From Blasia pusilla (taxonomy: Eukaryota), in contig CM114271.1 in NCBI GenBank assembly GCA_050084515.1, positions 37,200,001-37,264,000 of the forward strand: DNA of 64,000 nucleotides, in the 5' to 3' direction. The first letter of the stretch is position 1. Each line of letters starts with the position of its first letter. The position numbers and the translations under genes were made by a program. The notes below the pieces were generated by a model. That model saw only the letters and a list, made by a program, of their open reading frames with translations. It was not told where the DNA came from and made no database searches. Shown here one piece after another: positions 42,201 through 54,905 of this stretch.

Positions 42201-42619
42201 AATTAACCCACAAATGAGAGGCTTGGGTTACACACACAAGGCAAGGAGGACCATAGCTCCGCCGCCTCATGCCAAGAGGTTCAAGAAAGAGAGAATGAGC
42301 TCTCAAGCTCTCTCTCTTTGAGGTATATCCCCTTCCCTCTCTCAATCCCTCTCCATGGTGACCTATGTATAGGTCATCGGCTCTTGACATGTTTTAGCGA
42401 GTCAAGGGTCACTTCCCAAAGAGGAAAGTCAACTATACCAAGAGCGATAACTTAACCAAATTAACAAGTTCCTCAATATGGCTCCAAATAAGCCGCAACG
42501 AAGGGGAAATCTGCTCTCGCATGTTACACGTGGCCTCAGCAAGTCATCTTTGACCTCCTCAGGCCGTCCTCCAATATCTTTGAAGGAGCTTTACTAGATC
42601 TCATCAATCTATCCTAACA
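42200..42619 (-). mobile_element. LTR fragment of the same gypsy-like family
   Basis: The reverse complement begins TGTTAGGATAGATTGATGAGATCT and aligns by eye with 61113-61520. Confidence 0.8.
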
Positions 42620-43603
42620 GATGTGATAGGTTATCTCGCGCTCCCCATGACCGAACCCCCCTAAACATATCACTTGGAGGAAGAAGATAGGAAGATTTCC
42701 AACAAAAACTAACAAAATAAATCTAAAGGTTGAGATTATGAAGTACCAAAAAGATAATGATTGGAGACATTGTAACAATGGCTTGATCAATGTACACACG
42801 TTATAATGGTGGAACGAGATCTAGGTTTAGGGTTTGGCACTCAAAGGGAATATATGCGCATTTACATAGGTTTCCAAGACCTCCTTCACATCTTTGATGT
42901 GCTAAGGAAAGCCAATGAAATATATCTAAATGCGAGTATATGAATCGGAAATCTCAAAATGAACAAACACGTTTAGTAACATAAGAGAATTCCAAACTCA
43001 CAACCTCTCACCTAATGTGGAATCAATTAGAATTTTTTTAAGACATAACAAGGAGCGTACATATCCAAGTTGGTCACAAACAAAATCTAACTATATGCAA
43101 AGGCACGCAACGGATTTTCCCAAATTCCTAGTAAACTTGAAAGCCAATGATTGTGCCAAGAGGCAATGAGTCAATTTATAGGAATAAATTTAATCATGCC
43201 ATAAGAGAGACATGGCTAAACTCATTTTTCCAACTTACAATAGACATGAGACGATCCTACATTTCGAGAGGTATGGATGGTTTTCATGACTACACTTTGG
43301 AATTGCAAAGATTTTCCAAGAGAGTTTCAAAGGCATTGAACTAGGAAGTCATGCCAAAGAGGCCAAGACGTTAAGTGCATTTTGTGCCCAACAAGTTGTT
43401 CACTTGGAGAAAGTGTATGTCCATTTCAAGACATACAAGAAGGAGAAGCTGAACATTGTAGAGACAACTCTCTTATAGAGATTTATTGGAGAGTAAAAAA
43501 ATGCTGAATGTCTTTTCAAGGAAGGTTCTACTCTTGTGGGGTAGACATTGGTAGTTCCACGTAGAGCTATGTGGATTTTTGACAAGGATGTAGTAGTAGA
43601 ACA

Positions 43604-45411
43604 TGATCCTAAGGATATTTTGGGATCAGGTTTACACGCAACCCTGTACTGTTGTAAAATAAACTAAACCCTTGGCTTTAGTGAAGATATTTATTATTAC
43701 ATAAAGGTGTTTAAGGAAGCATCTTGGTCATTTTCAAGAAAATTCATGATACGTTGTCTTATAGTAAAATCACGAGCTATATAAACACCTCTATCACTAG
43801 GTGTTAGAGAGAGTTTTATTAGTATTAAGTAATTTAGCCTAGGAAAATGAAATTCTCATGTTTAAACCTTTTTAGGGTGACTCATTTGCGCGAGCCTAAC
43901 TTTAGGAAAAGAGATAATAAATAAAATATGGGATTAGAAAAGTAAAGTAGTGGGGTTGGTGCTTTAATGAAACAAAAGCAAGAGTAGTCTTGGTTGGTAG
44001 CTAAGGTAGGTGGGGTAGTTTGGACGATATGAAGGGATGAAAAGCGGATATTTTGGAAGAGATAAGAGGTAATCTACTTGTGTCAAAATATGATTGGCTA
44101 AGCCTTGAGAGGAAGCCATTTGGCACAAGATAAGATTAGTCCTATTTTGTGTTCTTGTGGATCCCTTGTGAGCATATAAAGAGGAGGGATCTTAAAGGGT
44201 TCATCATCTTCTACTTCACATATTGAGTCTCTCGTGTTACTCTTTAGTGTATGGCTCTGGTATTGCTTGCTCTTCCAATGAGAGTGTATTATCCCTTTTG
44301 GGAGAGTAACTTGACCTTGGTGTATTCTTCGAGAGGTTTATAGAGGGTGGTATGCGTGGAGATGAGAGACTTGTCATCTTAGATGGGTTTAATCATACTA
44401 AAAATAGAGTATGGTGTGGCTTGTTATTTTTCCAATGACATTGGATTACCCTTCTTGGGAGAGCAACTCCGCCAAGTCCCATTTTAGAGGAGAGAAGAGG
44501 ATGTTTGTCCTAAGGATATTTTGGGATCAAGTTTACACGCAATCGTATACTGTTGTAAAATAAAATAAACCCTTGGCTTTAATGAAGATATTTATTATTA
44601 CATGAAGGTGTTTAAAGAAGCATCTTGGTCATTTTCAAGAAAATTCATGATACGTTATCGTATAGTAAAATCACGCGCTATGTAAACTCTTATATCATTA
44701 AGTGTTAGAGAGAGTTTTATTAATATTAAGTAAATTAGCCTAGGAAAATGAAATTCCCATGTTTAAACCTCTTTAAGGTGACTCATTTGCACACGATCCA
44801 ACTTTAGGAAAAGAGATAATAAATAAAAGATGGGATTAAAAAAGTGAAGTAGTGGGGTTGGTGCTTTATTAAAACAAAAGAAAAAGTAGTATTGATTGGT
44901 GATTAGGGTTGGTAGGGTAGTTTGGAAGATATGAAAGGAGTAAAACATGATATTTTGGAAGAGATAAGAGATAATCTACTTATGTCAAATGTGATTGGCT
45001 AAGCCTTGAGAGGAAGTCATGTGGCATAAGATAAGATTAGCCCTATTTGATACTCTTATAGATCCCTTGTGAGAATATCAAGAGGAGGGACCTTCAAGGA
45101 TTCATCATCTTATACTTCACATCGTGAGTCTCTTATGTCAATCTTGAGTGTATGGCTTTGGATTTTCTTGCTCTTCCAATGAAAGTGAATTACCCCTTTT
45201 GGGAGAGTAACTTGACCTTGGTTTATTTTTTGAGAGGTTTCTAGAATGTGATATGTGTGGAGATGAGAGACTTGTTACCCTAGATGAGTTTAGTCCTACT
45301 AGAAATACATGATGGTTTGGCTTGTTATTTTTCTAATGAGAGTGGATTACCCTTCTTAGGAGAGCAATTCCGCCAAGTCCCATTCTAGAGGAGAGTAGAC
45401 GATGTTTGTCA
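43604..45411 (+). repeat. Two tandem ~901-bp LTR-like direct repeats
   Basis: CCTAAGGATATTTTGGGATCA occurs at 43608 and 44509, and the copies are collinear throughout. The unit runs TG..CA with a TGTC overlap at the junction. It contains GATTGG and TATAAA-like motifs. Confidence 0.9.
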
Positions 45412-45859
45412 AGTATGGATAGGGCTGGAGCACGAGTTGTGCCTGATTTTCTTTTCCTTAACTCGTACCACATCAAGATTCTCTTTGTAGATAGATAATG
45501 GTTCACTCGCTATCTAATTTATCATTTTGGGGACGCGTTCATGAACCAAGTCATGCAATCTCCAACTTCGGTGATTCGTCCTATAGTCACTCACGGAAGG
45601 ACATGAGATTGCACTTTGTATGTCCTTATATAGCTATCCATGGACGTCAATAGGCCTGCTCGAGTAGGTTTTAACACTAGTTGTGCTATTTTCCTTGTGT
45701 AGAAACGTAAAGTAGTTTACAAGGACTTCATAGTTAAGAATTTTGGGGGTCCATGTTATGAAGAAGTGATCGCCTCGGCACTCCCTTTCGTGATTCATGT
45801 CGTGAGAGAATGGAGGGTTTACATAATAATTCAATACTAAAAAAGGAGATATAGAATTC

Positions 45860-46660
45860 AACTTGCATCAACCACGTGTGCTGCAACTAGAAGGTCCGCC
45901 CTTACTCGAAGAAAGGTTCTCGACACGACAACGTGTAAAGATGTTTGCGACTATTTTACATCAGAGGATATATCGTTCCCTTGGTGGGAAGGTTGATCAA
46001 GGATCCATCACGTACCATCTATCCATATTGGAATGGTGGACACCTTGAAAATTGGTGCAAGCATGCCATACCTTGAAGAATAGCGGGGCAAGTTTAGGAG
46101 AGTTGTAGAAGAGAAGATATCTCACGATGACATCAAATATCATGAAGCTTGTGGCTACCCTTCTTGGTACCATATATGGAGAATGTCCTAAAGCGAGGAG
46201 TTCTTCATAGTGACCTTCATGCTTGGAACATTTTCATCCATTTTGGATGTAACTCATATTCATACATCGGGGTTGGAGATTGGGGAAATGCTTTGTGGGA
46301 TGACGAGTGCTTAGATTCACCTCAAAGATGGTGGCCACATGAACAAGAAAATCATGTCGGGCATATAGTACGGTAGTTGACAACAAGGCTTACGGATCTT
46401 CTTTTTAGCATAGCCACATAAATCTATGCCTTAGGAATGATTTTGAAAAATTGAAACTATGTGACATACAACCTCGCTATCAAGGATGTCCACCCAAATG
46501 TAAGATGGACTTATTTGGATAGGATTAGAAAGTGGGCATTTTCTCCGAACCCCTATGATCGCAAAAGCCTATAGTATCTTATTGCTTATATCATAGCAAA
46601 TGCAAAAATATTAGGTATAGACGATGTAGATTCAGGATTAAGACCAATAATATATGCTCG
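45860..46660 (+). pseudogene. Protein kinase pseudogene, apparently intronless
   Basis: One frame, through internal stops, gives VLHSDLHAWNIFIHF (catalytic loop, ~46200), YIGVGDWG (DFG equivalent, ~46278) and FSIAT*IYALGMIL (subdomain IX). SPNPYDRKS (subdomain XI-like) follows at ~46545. Confidence 0.8.
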
Positions 46661-46898
46661 TTGAGAATATGATGATGGGATTTTTATAACCATGATAGTG
46701 TGATTGTAAACCCGCATGTGGATTGTTTATTTTTCATTGGAAATGAAAGACTTGATTGAAAAAGGTGAATGTATGACTTTGAATGTTTGTAAATGATCAC
46801 GGATGTATGATCCATGGATGTATTCTATGTCATCGTGTAACTATTATTGAAATGTTTTTGAGCCGACCTTTTTCTTTGGAATTTTGATAAAAGACGAG

Positions 46899-49200
46899 AT
46901 GGAGTTTCCACCTAATGAAGACCGTAGTCCTTAGGACATAGGGGGCGACAATAGAGGGGAAGAGACCACTGAAGCTCGCGAAGGGGAACAAGAAGATGAT
47001 CTCACTTTTCATCACCGGAATGAATTGAAGGCGCCCTTGACCCATCAATTCTTAATGCAGAGTTCAAGAAGTCCTGGCTCAAGTGGCTGGAGCATGCGAT
47101 TGGTGAATTTGCAAGGACAGTGGGAGAAGATTAGTGGAAGAATTATTGGGCCTTGTTCAATGGCCTTCCATATTATGAGGACCTTCCACCAAAGAAGAGG
47201 AAGTCAAAGTCGCGGAGTTGATGAAGGACATGGAGGTTCATTATGGCGATGTGGAGGACGCATCTTCGAGAAGAGATAAGACACCCAAAGCAAAGATAGT
47301 ATATCCCCATCGCCATAGTCGAAATGACCAAGAGTGGGAACTTCGTCAAACTTTGGAAGTATGGGCCTATACCCATGTCATCAACATGAGCCATTATCTT
47401 CTCTGCCAAATGGAGGAGAGTAAGGATGGGTTTCCCCACATCGAACTTCATCACGCCAATACCAACAAGGTGGATTGTCAAGAAGCCTTAGAGGCATACT
47501 ATCTTCTTTGGATGGACACAGAATATATTGGCCAACCGAAGAGGAGATAAATGACGGGAGTGAAGATGAAGGGCGAGTCCAATTGGGGGAGGAGATTTTT
47601 GGGGATAGAAGCGATATTTTGAATGACCTCAATGTAGGTTGCAATATGAGCTTTAAAGGGGCCGGAGAGATTTTTGATCACCATGTACATAGTGGGGCTA
47701 TTTCCATAACTTTTTGTTGGGAGAGTGCTCCAATTGATAGCGAGGTTATGTCGTGTCTATCATACCTAGAGAGTTTAATAACAAATTTCTAACTCAATTT
47801 TGATTTGGAAGCAGAATTTAACATTTTGAAGGGAAAGAACCAACAGTTATCCAAGGAGCACGAGAGACTAAAGAGAAAGAAGGAGAGGATCTTCAATAAT
47901 TAAATTTCTAGAGAGGAGCTCCATAGAATACAAAGAGCTATAATGGCTGACCATACGAAGCAATGGAGGAGGGTATATGAATCCATCATGGCAAGACGAA
48001 AGCAAAAAATAGATGAATTGTTGCGATAGAGAGCAAGGGGCAACGTGGAAGAACTCACCCTTGAGACAACTCTATTCAAGGGTCATCTCATGAAGGAGGT
48101 TGATATGATCTTATTTCAACCTATTGAGCAAGTATGGCCTCCTGCTCTACGCGCAACATGGGACAATGTTGTGGATCCAACCGTTGCCAAATATATATAT
48201 TTTTTATGTTGGCCCCAACACCTCTCAATCCGAGCACACAAGAGCAAGATGTGCCTGATTGGATAAAGGCAATCGTTTTAGATGAAGGAGGGGCCCTCGC
48301 ACCAATCAACTAGCCCAAATGCATGATTTTCTTCAATCCCATTGCCGTAGAAGGTTGCTGCGTGACAAACACATGTAAAGCTTGTTATTGCCATCCATAT
48401 TGTCTTCAAAAGGCCATGTTACTAACATATATGTGTCCAACTTGTAGACAACCTTGATCAAGAAGATTGTATCACCTTTTTGGCATATCTTTTTGCTCTC
48501 ATAATAGTAATGCACCAACTACATATCGCAAGCGAACCCAAAAGCAAGACAATTTCACTTTCACTTTGGGACATCGTAGCTCGCGATCCAATTACAACCC
48601 CGAAGTGAACATGGATGGAGTGGTTCATGGAGAAATCCCACGTAAAAAAGGGATAGATATATCGGGTTATGCAAATTTGGCTGATCCGCTTCATTGACAT
48701 AAACGATCATGGAGACCTTATTCACATAAGTGCCATAGATCTCCAAAGTCGAGAGGCATAAAACTTCTTCTTTGCTGAGGAGTTGAATCCACAAGAAGTT
48801 CCCGATGCCCTCAACACAACTCGACAAACTTTCTTAAACCATTATCAAAATCCATTGGTGGATGACCTTGTCTTGATCGAGGAGATTCGGATTGATCTCG
48901 CCACCTTTTTTATGGCAAGATATTCCTCAAAGGATAGTAGGGAGATATCCACGTACATACCATTATCCTCGTAAAATGCAAGAGGAACTTTTTGGATTCT
49001 ACGAGAGAGATTGGGAAATGTTTCCAACACATCCAACACAAGACATAGATGATGGTGAAGCCGATGTTGTGTTGGAAAGGACTAGCTCTAGTGATGTGCC
49101 CCCCCCCTAGAGCTAGGGGGGGGCACATCACTAGAGCTAGGGGAGACAAGGAAGAGTTGGCGAGACATCTCAACCGCTATTACATATAATCTGATGATGA
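46899..49200 (+). pseudogene. Disrupted gene for an NLS / coiled-coil / RING-finger protein
   Basis: PPKKRKSK (~47186), a helical charged segment (DLEAEFNILKGKNQQLSKEHERLKRKK, ~47800-47880) and a RING-like CMIFFNPIAVEGCCVTNTCKACYCHPYCLQKAMLLTYMCPTCRQP (48320-48454). Multiple stops and frameshifts; boundaries approximate. Confidence 0.65.
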
Positions 49201-50419
49201 ATCAGATTGATAGAGTGAGATCATGTTTATATCTTGGTAATATACATAAGTATGAGATTCCTGTGAATCCATAGGTTTGGTGGGATATCACCCAATTTTT
49301 ATAAAAATAAAAATAAAAATCTTGAAAGTGGCTAATTTGTATTATCTAATGGACAAATACTGCACCCATGCAGGAAAGTTGAATGCATGTTTTTGGAAGA
49401 AGTTCTATTGATGGTAATTTGAAGATTAAGAGTTCACTTGGGTTCAGAAAAAAAATTTCAACTTCATTCTTCATTGATCCTCACTATTATGAGTATTGGG
49501 TAACTTAGGAGACTTGTGAATGTGAGCCACTTATGAAAGTTATTCATGAATTGAGTTCATGAAACATCGCAAAGTTTTCTCTAGGATTATCCTTGGATAA
49601 GGTGGAAAGTACGATGACAGAGAGGTTTGTTTGATAAAAAAAATATTATTGTATTTTTAAAAAAAAATGTTTTCATATTTAGGATTTATATTTATATTTA
49701 AAAAGGAGATTCAATTTATTATTTTACAAAATAATTATTGTCCCAAAATTCTATTTTGAGATTTTTCCCCATGGACCTATATTAAATTGAAAAGTAGAAT
49801 GAGGGAATTTTTTATAATCATAACAATGTTATAAATTATTTGAAAGTTATAAATTAAAGATTTGAAATTTTTGATTTCATATTTTGGGAATATGTAGTAT
49901 GACAAAAGACCTCAAACTCTATTCATACAATACGAAATAATAGTGGTATAGTACGACAAAATAACAATATGGTTAAATTTTTGTACCTTGACTAACATTA
50001 AAATGGGGAAAGAAAAAAAAATCAAAGACAGACGAGAATATTTGCATTCATTACTTATTATTGAGTAGTTTTTAAATTTTTTATTATAAGAGATGATCTT
50101 AGGTGTATCATTAGAGAAGTGGGATAATAAGACAAAATATAAAATTTGTATAAGATCATCCCTTAATTAATATTTGGTAGCAAGGGAAAATTAATTTTAA
50201 TGGAGAATGAGTAGATATTGTCGAAATTTTATGGAACGGGGGAATTATGTAAGGGATTAGCCAATCATGTAAATTTTAATTTTGGAATGGAATTTGTTAG
50301 AAGAGCGAAATGCTTTTACTCCTCTAAGATTTTAGAAAAAAAATATCGATCTAGAAAAATCTCACTTTTAAAAATAATTATATTAATTCACATTGGGATA
50401 CATGCAAAAGAAATGTGAA

Positions 50420-53400
50420 AAAAAACGTCTTTCTAGTTTCCATCTTGTGCAAGGATATCATCTTGAGTTCAAATTTGGTATCCTTGCTCTTCATGGTCTA
50501 TGTAGCTCTCTTGCAAAGTTTCAGGAAAAAATGAGTTAAAACCAAGAGTTCCAAAATATTTAAGTCATTTTTGGACCCGTGCCATTAACCCTTCTATGAG
50601 GAAAGGGTCTTTCCATTTTCCATCTTGAGCAAGGATCTCGTCTAGAGCTCAAATTTGGTATCCTTTTTTCTTCATGGTCTATGTAGCTCTCTTGCAAAAT
50701 TTAAAGCTAAGACCAAGAGGTCAACATTTTTAAAGTCATTTTGGACCCGTGCCATTAATCCTTATATGAAACAAGTGTGTTTACATTTTCCATCTTGTGC
50801 ATGGATCTAATCTTGAGCGTAAACTTGGTACACTTGCTTGCCATGGTTGTGTAGCTCTCTTGCAGAGAACAAGAGGTCAACAAATATTTAAGTCATCTTG
50901 GTACCGCCACCATTCAACCTTCTATTAAAAAAGGGTCTTTCTATTTTCCATCATATCCACGAATCTCATTTTTAAATAAATTTTGATACACTTGCTCCTC
51001 TATGTAGCTCTTTTCCAAAGTTTCAAGAAAAATAGAGGTAAGACCAAGAGATCAAAATTGCCATTTTTGGACCCTCGCCATTAAACCTTCTATGAAAAAT
51101 AGGTCTTTCCATTTTTTTATCTTGTGTAAATATATTATCTTGATCTGGAAATTTTTTCCCTTGCTCTTCATGGTCTACGTAGCTCTCATGCAAATTTTTA
51201 AGCAAAATGGAGCTAAGACCAAGAGGCCAACAAATTTGAAGTCATTTTTTGACGCACACCATTAAACCTTCTATGAAAAAAGGGTCTTTTCATTTTCCAT
51301 CTTGTGCAAGGATATCATTTTGAGCTGAAGTTTAGTACACTTGCTTCTTATGGTCTATAGCGCTATCTCAAAAAATTTCAAGCAAAATGGAGCTAAACCC
51401 AAGAGTTCAAAATTATTTAAGTCATTTTTGGACTCGTGCCATTATATCTTCAATGAAAAAAGGGTCTTTCCATCTTACATATTTTGTAGCTCTTGCAAAG
51501 ATTCGAGAAAAATGGAGCTAAGACCAAGAGGTCAAAATATTTAAGTCATTTTTGGGCCCCTGCCATTAAACCTTTTATGAAGAAAAGGTCTTTCCATTTT
51601 TCATCTTATGCAAGGATCTCACCTTGGTTTGAATTTGAGTACACTTGCTCCCCATCGTCTATACAACTCTCTTCCAAATTTTAAAGCAACAAGTAGATAA
51701 GACAAAATCCCTCCAAAATATTTAAGTCATTTTTGGGCCCACACAATTAAACCTTGTATGAAAAAAGTGTGCTTCCATTTTCCATCTTGTGCAAGGATAT
51801 CATCTTGAAATGAAAGATGGTTCCCTCGCTCTTCCTAGTCTTTGTAGCTCTCTTGAAAAGTCTCAAGAAAAGTGGAGCTAAGACCAAGAGGTAAATTTTT
51901 TTGGTCATTTTTTGAAGCAACCGTTAAACCTCTTATTGAAAAAGGATCTTTCCATTTTCCATCTTGTGCAAGGATATCATCTTGAGCTGAATTTTGGTAC
52001 ACTTTCTTCTGATGGTCTAGGTAGCTCTCTTACAAATTTTCAAGAAAAATGGACCTAAGACCAAATGGTGAGAAGTGTTTAAGTCCTTTTTGGACCCGCG
52101 CCATTAAACCTTTAATGAAAAAAGGATCTTTCCATTTTCCATTTTGTGCAGGGATCTTATCTTGAGTAGGAACTTAATGCATTTTCTCCCCGGTTTCTAT
52201 GTAGTTATCTCGCAAAGTTTCAAGGAAAATGGAGCTAAGACAAAGAGGACAGTACTGTTTAAGTCATTTTTGGACCCATGTCATTAAACCTTTTATGAAA
52301 AAGGGTCTTTCCATTTTCCATCTTGTGCAAGGAAATCACTATGAGCTGAAATCTGGTGACCTTTGTCTTCACGGTCTTTTTAGCTCTCTTGCAAAGTTTC
52401 AAGAAAAAAGGAGCTAAGACCAAGAGGTCAACAATATTTAAGTTATTTTTGGATCGGCATCATTAAACGTTATATGAAAAAAGGATGTTCCGATTTTCCA
52501 TCTTGTAAAAGGATATCATCTTGAGCTAAAATTTTCTACCCTTTCTCTTTATGGTCTATTTAGATCTCTTGCAAAGTTTCAAGAAAAATGGAACTAAGAT
52601 TAAAAGCTCGAAATTTTGTAAGTCAATTTTGGACCTACGCCATTAAACCTTCTATGAAAAAAAGATCTTTCCATTTTCCATCTTGTCCAAGGATCTCATC
52701 TTGAGCTTAATTTTGTTCCTTTTCTTCTCATAGTCTATGTAGCTCGCTTGTAAAGTTTTAAGAAAAATGGAGCTAAGACCAAGAGATAAAAAATGTTGAA
52801 GTCATTTTTGGGCCAACGCCATTAAACCTTCTATGGGAAAAGGATATTTCTATTTTCCATCTTGTGCGAGGATCTCATCTTGAGCTTAAATTTTGTACAC
52901 TTACTTGCCATGGTATGTGCAGCTCTTTTGCAAAGTTTCAAGTGAAATGGAGTAAAAAAAAAAAGCTAAGAAATTGTTATGTCATTTTTGGACCGACACC
53001 ATTAAACCTCTCATTGTAAAAGGATCTTTTCATTTTCCATTTGGTTCATGGATCTCATCTTTAGCTAAAATTTGGTACACTTGATCCTCAAGATCTAGGT
53101 AGATGTATTGCAAAGTTTCAAGAAAAATGGAGTCCTGAAAAAAAACTCAAAAATTGATAAGTCATTTCTAGACCAACTAATAAACCTTCAATGAAAAACA
53201 AGGTCTTTCCATTTTCTATCATTTTTGAGAATTTCATCTTTGGAAGAAATTTGGTGCACTTGATTGGGAGGGTGTATTTGGTTGTCTTGCAAAATTTCTA
53301 GCAAAATAGGGTGGTGACCAAGAGTTGAAAAGTGTTTAAGTCAATTTTGAACCCGCGCTGTAAATCTTCTCTCAATAAGACAACCCTTTCAATTTGACCA
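50420..53400. repeat. Tandem satellite-like array, ~180-bp monomer, ~17 copies
   Basis: The anchor ttttccatcttg recurs at about 50441, 50621, 50791, 50949, 51118, 51298, 51471, 51602, 51783, 51960, 52140, 52319, 52499, 52679, 52858, 53038 and 53218. Modal spacing is 179-181 bp, with some deleted units. Confidence 0.95.
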
Positions 53401-54256
53401 TAAATGTTAAATATTGATTTATTAGCGATAATGTTATAAAAATGAATGTCTATAAAAAGATATTCTCACAATACTCTTTACAAAATAAGTTTGCTACAAC
53501 TATTTACTAATCTATTTCAGTAAAGTCATCAATCACTCTACTACTCTAGGTCTATGGTTGGGTCGGGTGGGTTAAGATGTAGGCAGTAATTTGGCGGTTC
53601 AAGAGTTCAAGAGTTCCAAAGATTTCTTATTGCAATTTTTTCATCATTCGAGGAAAAGTATGAACTATCCATGCCATTATTGATAGGTTGAGAGTTTGGA
53701 ACAATAGGTATGGAGAACCTCGTTATCATCAGGCTCATCTACTGAGTACACTCTCTCAACATTCAAAGATTGTGAAGGAGAATCCCTTAGTGCCGACTAG
53801 ACTCAGTGGAATAATTATGAATTCTTATTGGTGCGACAATCTAAGGGTCATAGGTTGTGTTAGCAGAAGTGTTGGATAGATTTACTTGAATTGAAGTCCT
53901 CCGTTGTTGCTCTTCCTTGTGCTCTCCAATCCAATTTTACATTACAAAATCATCTTTGTCTCTTCCATAAGGGCTAAACCTCGGTTGACATTTAGGCCCC
54001 TCGGAATCAAAGTTTTCAATGTCGTCGATATGAGTAACCCTCCTCCCTTTGGTGCCACATATTCCACATAACACATCCTCATCCACATCCTCTAGGTCCT
54101 TATCTTGCAAGTTGAGGTTATCTTCATGATTACCATCATGGTTTCTTGCATGTAAGCTTTACTCACAATCTTTCCAACTTTTTCTTGTCCATCCCATTTA
54201 TAGTAGTATTGCTCGTACAATAGTGCTCGTCTTCATTTCCACAAAACACCCTTGTC

Positions 54257-54690
54257 TCAAAACCTTGAGTTTGTGTAGATGTACATCAAATCCCTGGCAC
54301 ACTTGTTGGTCAATTTATTCATGTGCTTATTGTGGATAAAATCATAACTATTCCAATTTCTCTCCGTTGAAGAGGAAGAAACCATTTGTGCTAATATGGA
54401 CTTAGCCATATAGCCCAATATTGGGGCACCTTGACCGTGCATGCTCCACCAATCAGAGGGGCTAAATAAATCAACAAATTCCCTACCAGACTCATCCACA
54501 AATAATTCCCGATGGTTCACAATGTTGCCCAACTCTCGCAAACAAGTATCTACATAAGAATTAGCCTTGGTGATATTGAGGCCATACGCCCCCTTTGCAT
54601 AAAGTCTCAAATATTGTTTGAAATATCTCATGCACTCAAAATTTGAAGTGACATTTTGAATACTATCAAAAATATTGTAAGGGGCGAGAA
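54257..54690 (-). pseudogene. hAT transposase C-terminal (dimerization domain) fragment
   Basis: SPSDWWSMHGQGAPILGYMAKSILAQMVSSSSTERNWNSYDFIHNKHMNKL matches the hATC pattern WW..G...P.L...A..+L....SSS..ER.WS. It is truncated upstream by the foldback at 54694. Confidence 0.9.
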
Positions 54691-54905
54691 TGTATAGTTA
54701 GGAATTTTGGAGTTCAATATTATGAAGAAGAGATTTCCTCGACACTATCATTCGAGATTCATGTCGTGAGAGAATGAAGAGTGTATATAATAATTCTGTT
54801 TTGAAAAAGAATAACTTCTTAGTGAGTTCACCTTGCATCAACCACGTCTGCCGTAACTCAAAGGTTCTCCCTTACTAAAAAAAAATCTCTCTACACCACA
54901 ACATT

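Noticed and set aside
45411-45430. tRNA-Met primer binding site after the LTR-like repeat
   Set aside because: AGTATGGATAGGGC only vaguely resembles TGGTATCAGAGC, and the inverted copy reads AGTATGGATAGGAA, so it is not a decayed canonical PBS.
50420-53400. CRISPR-like array
   Set aside because: Whole monomers are homologous with no unique spacers, the context is eukaryotic and no cas genes are present.
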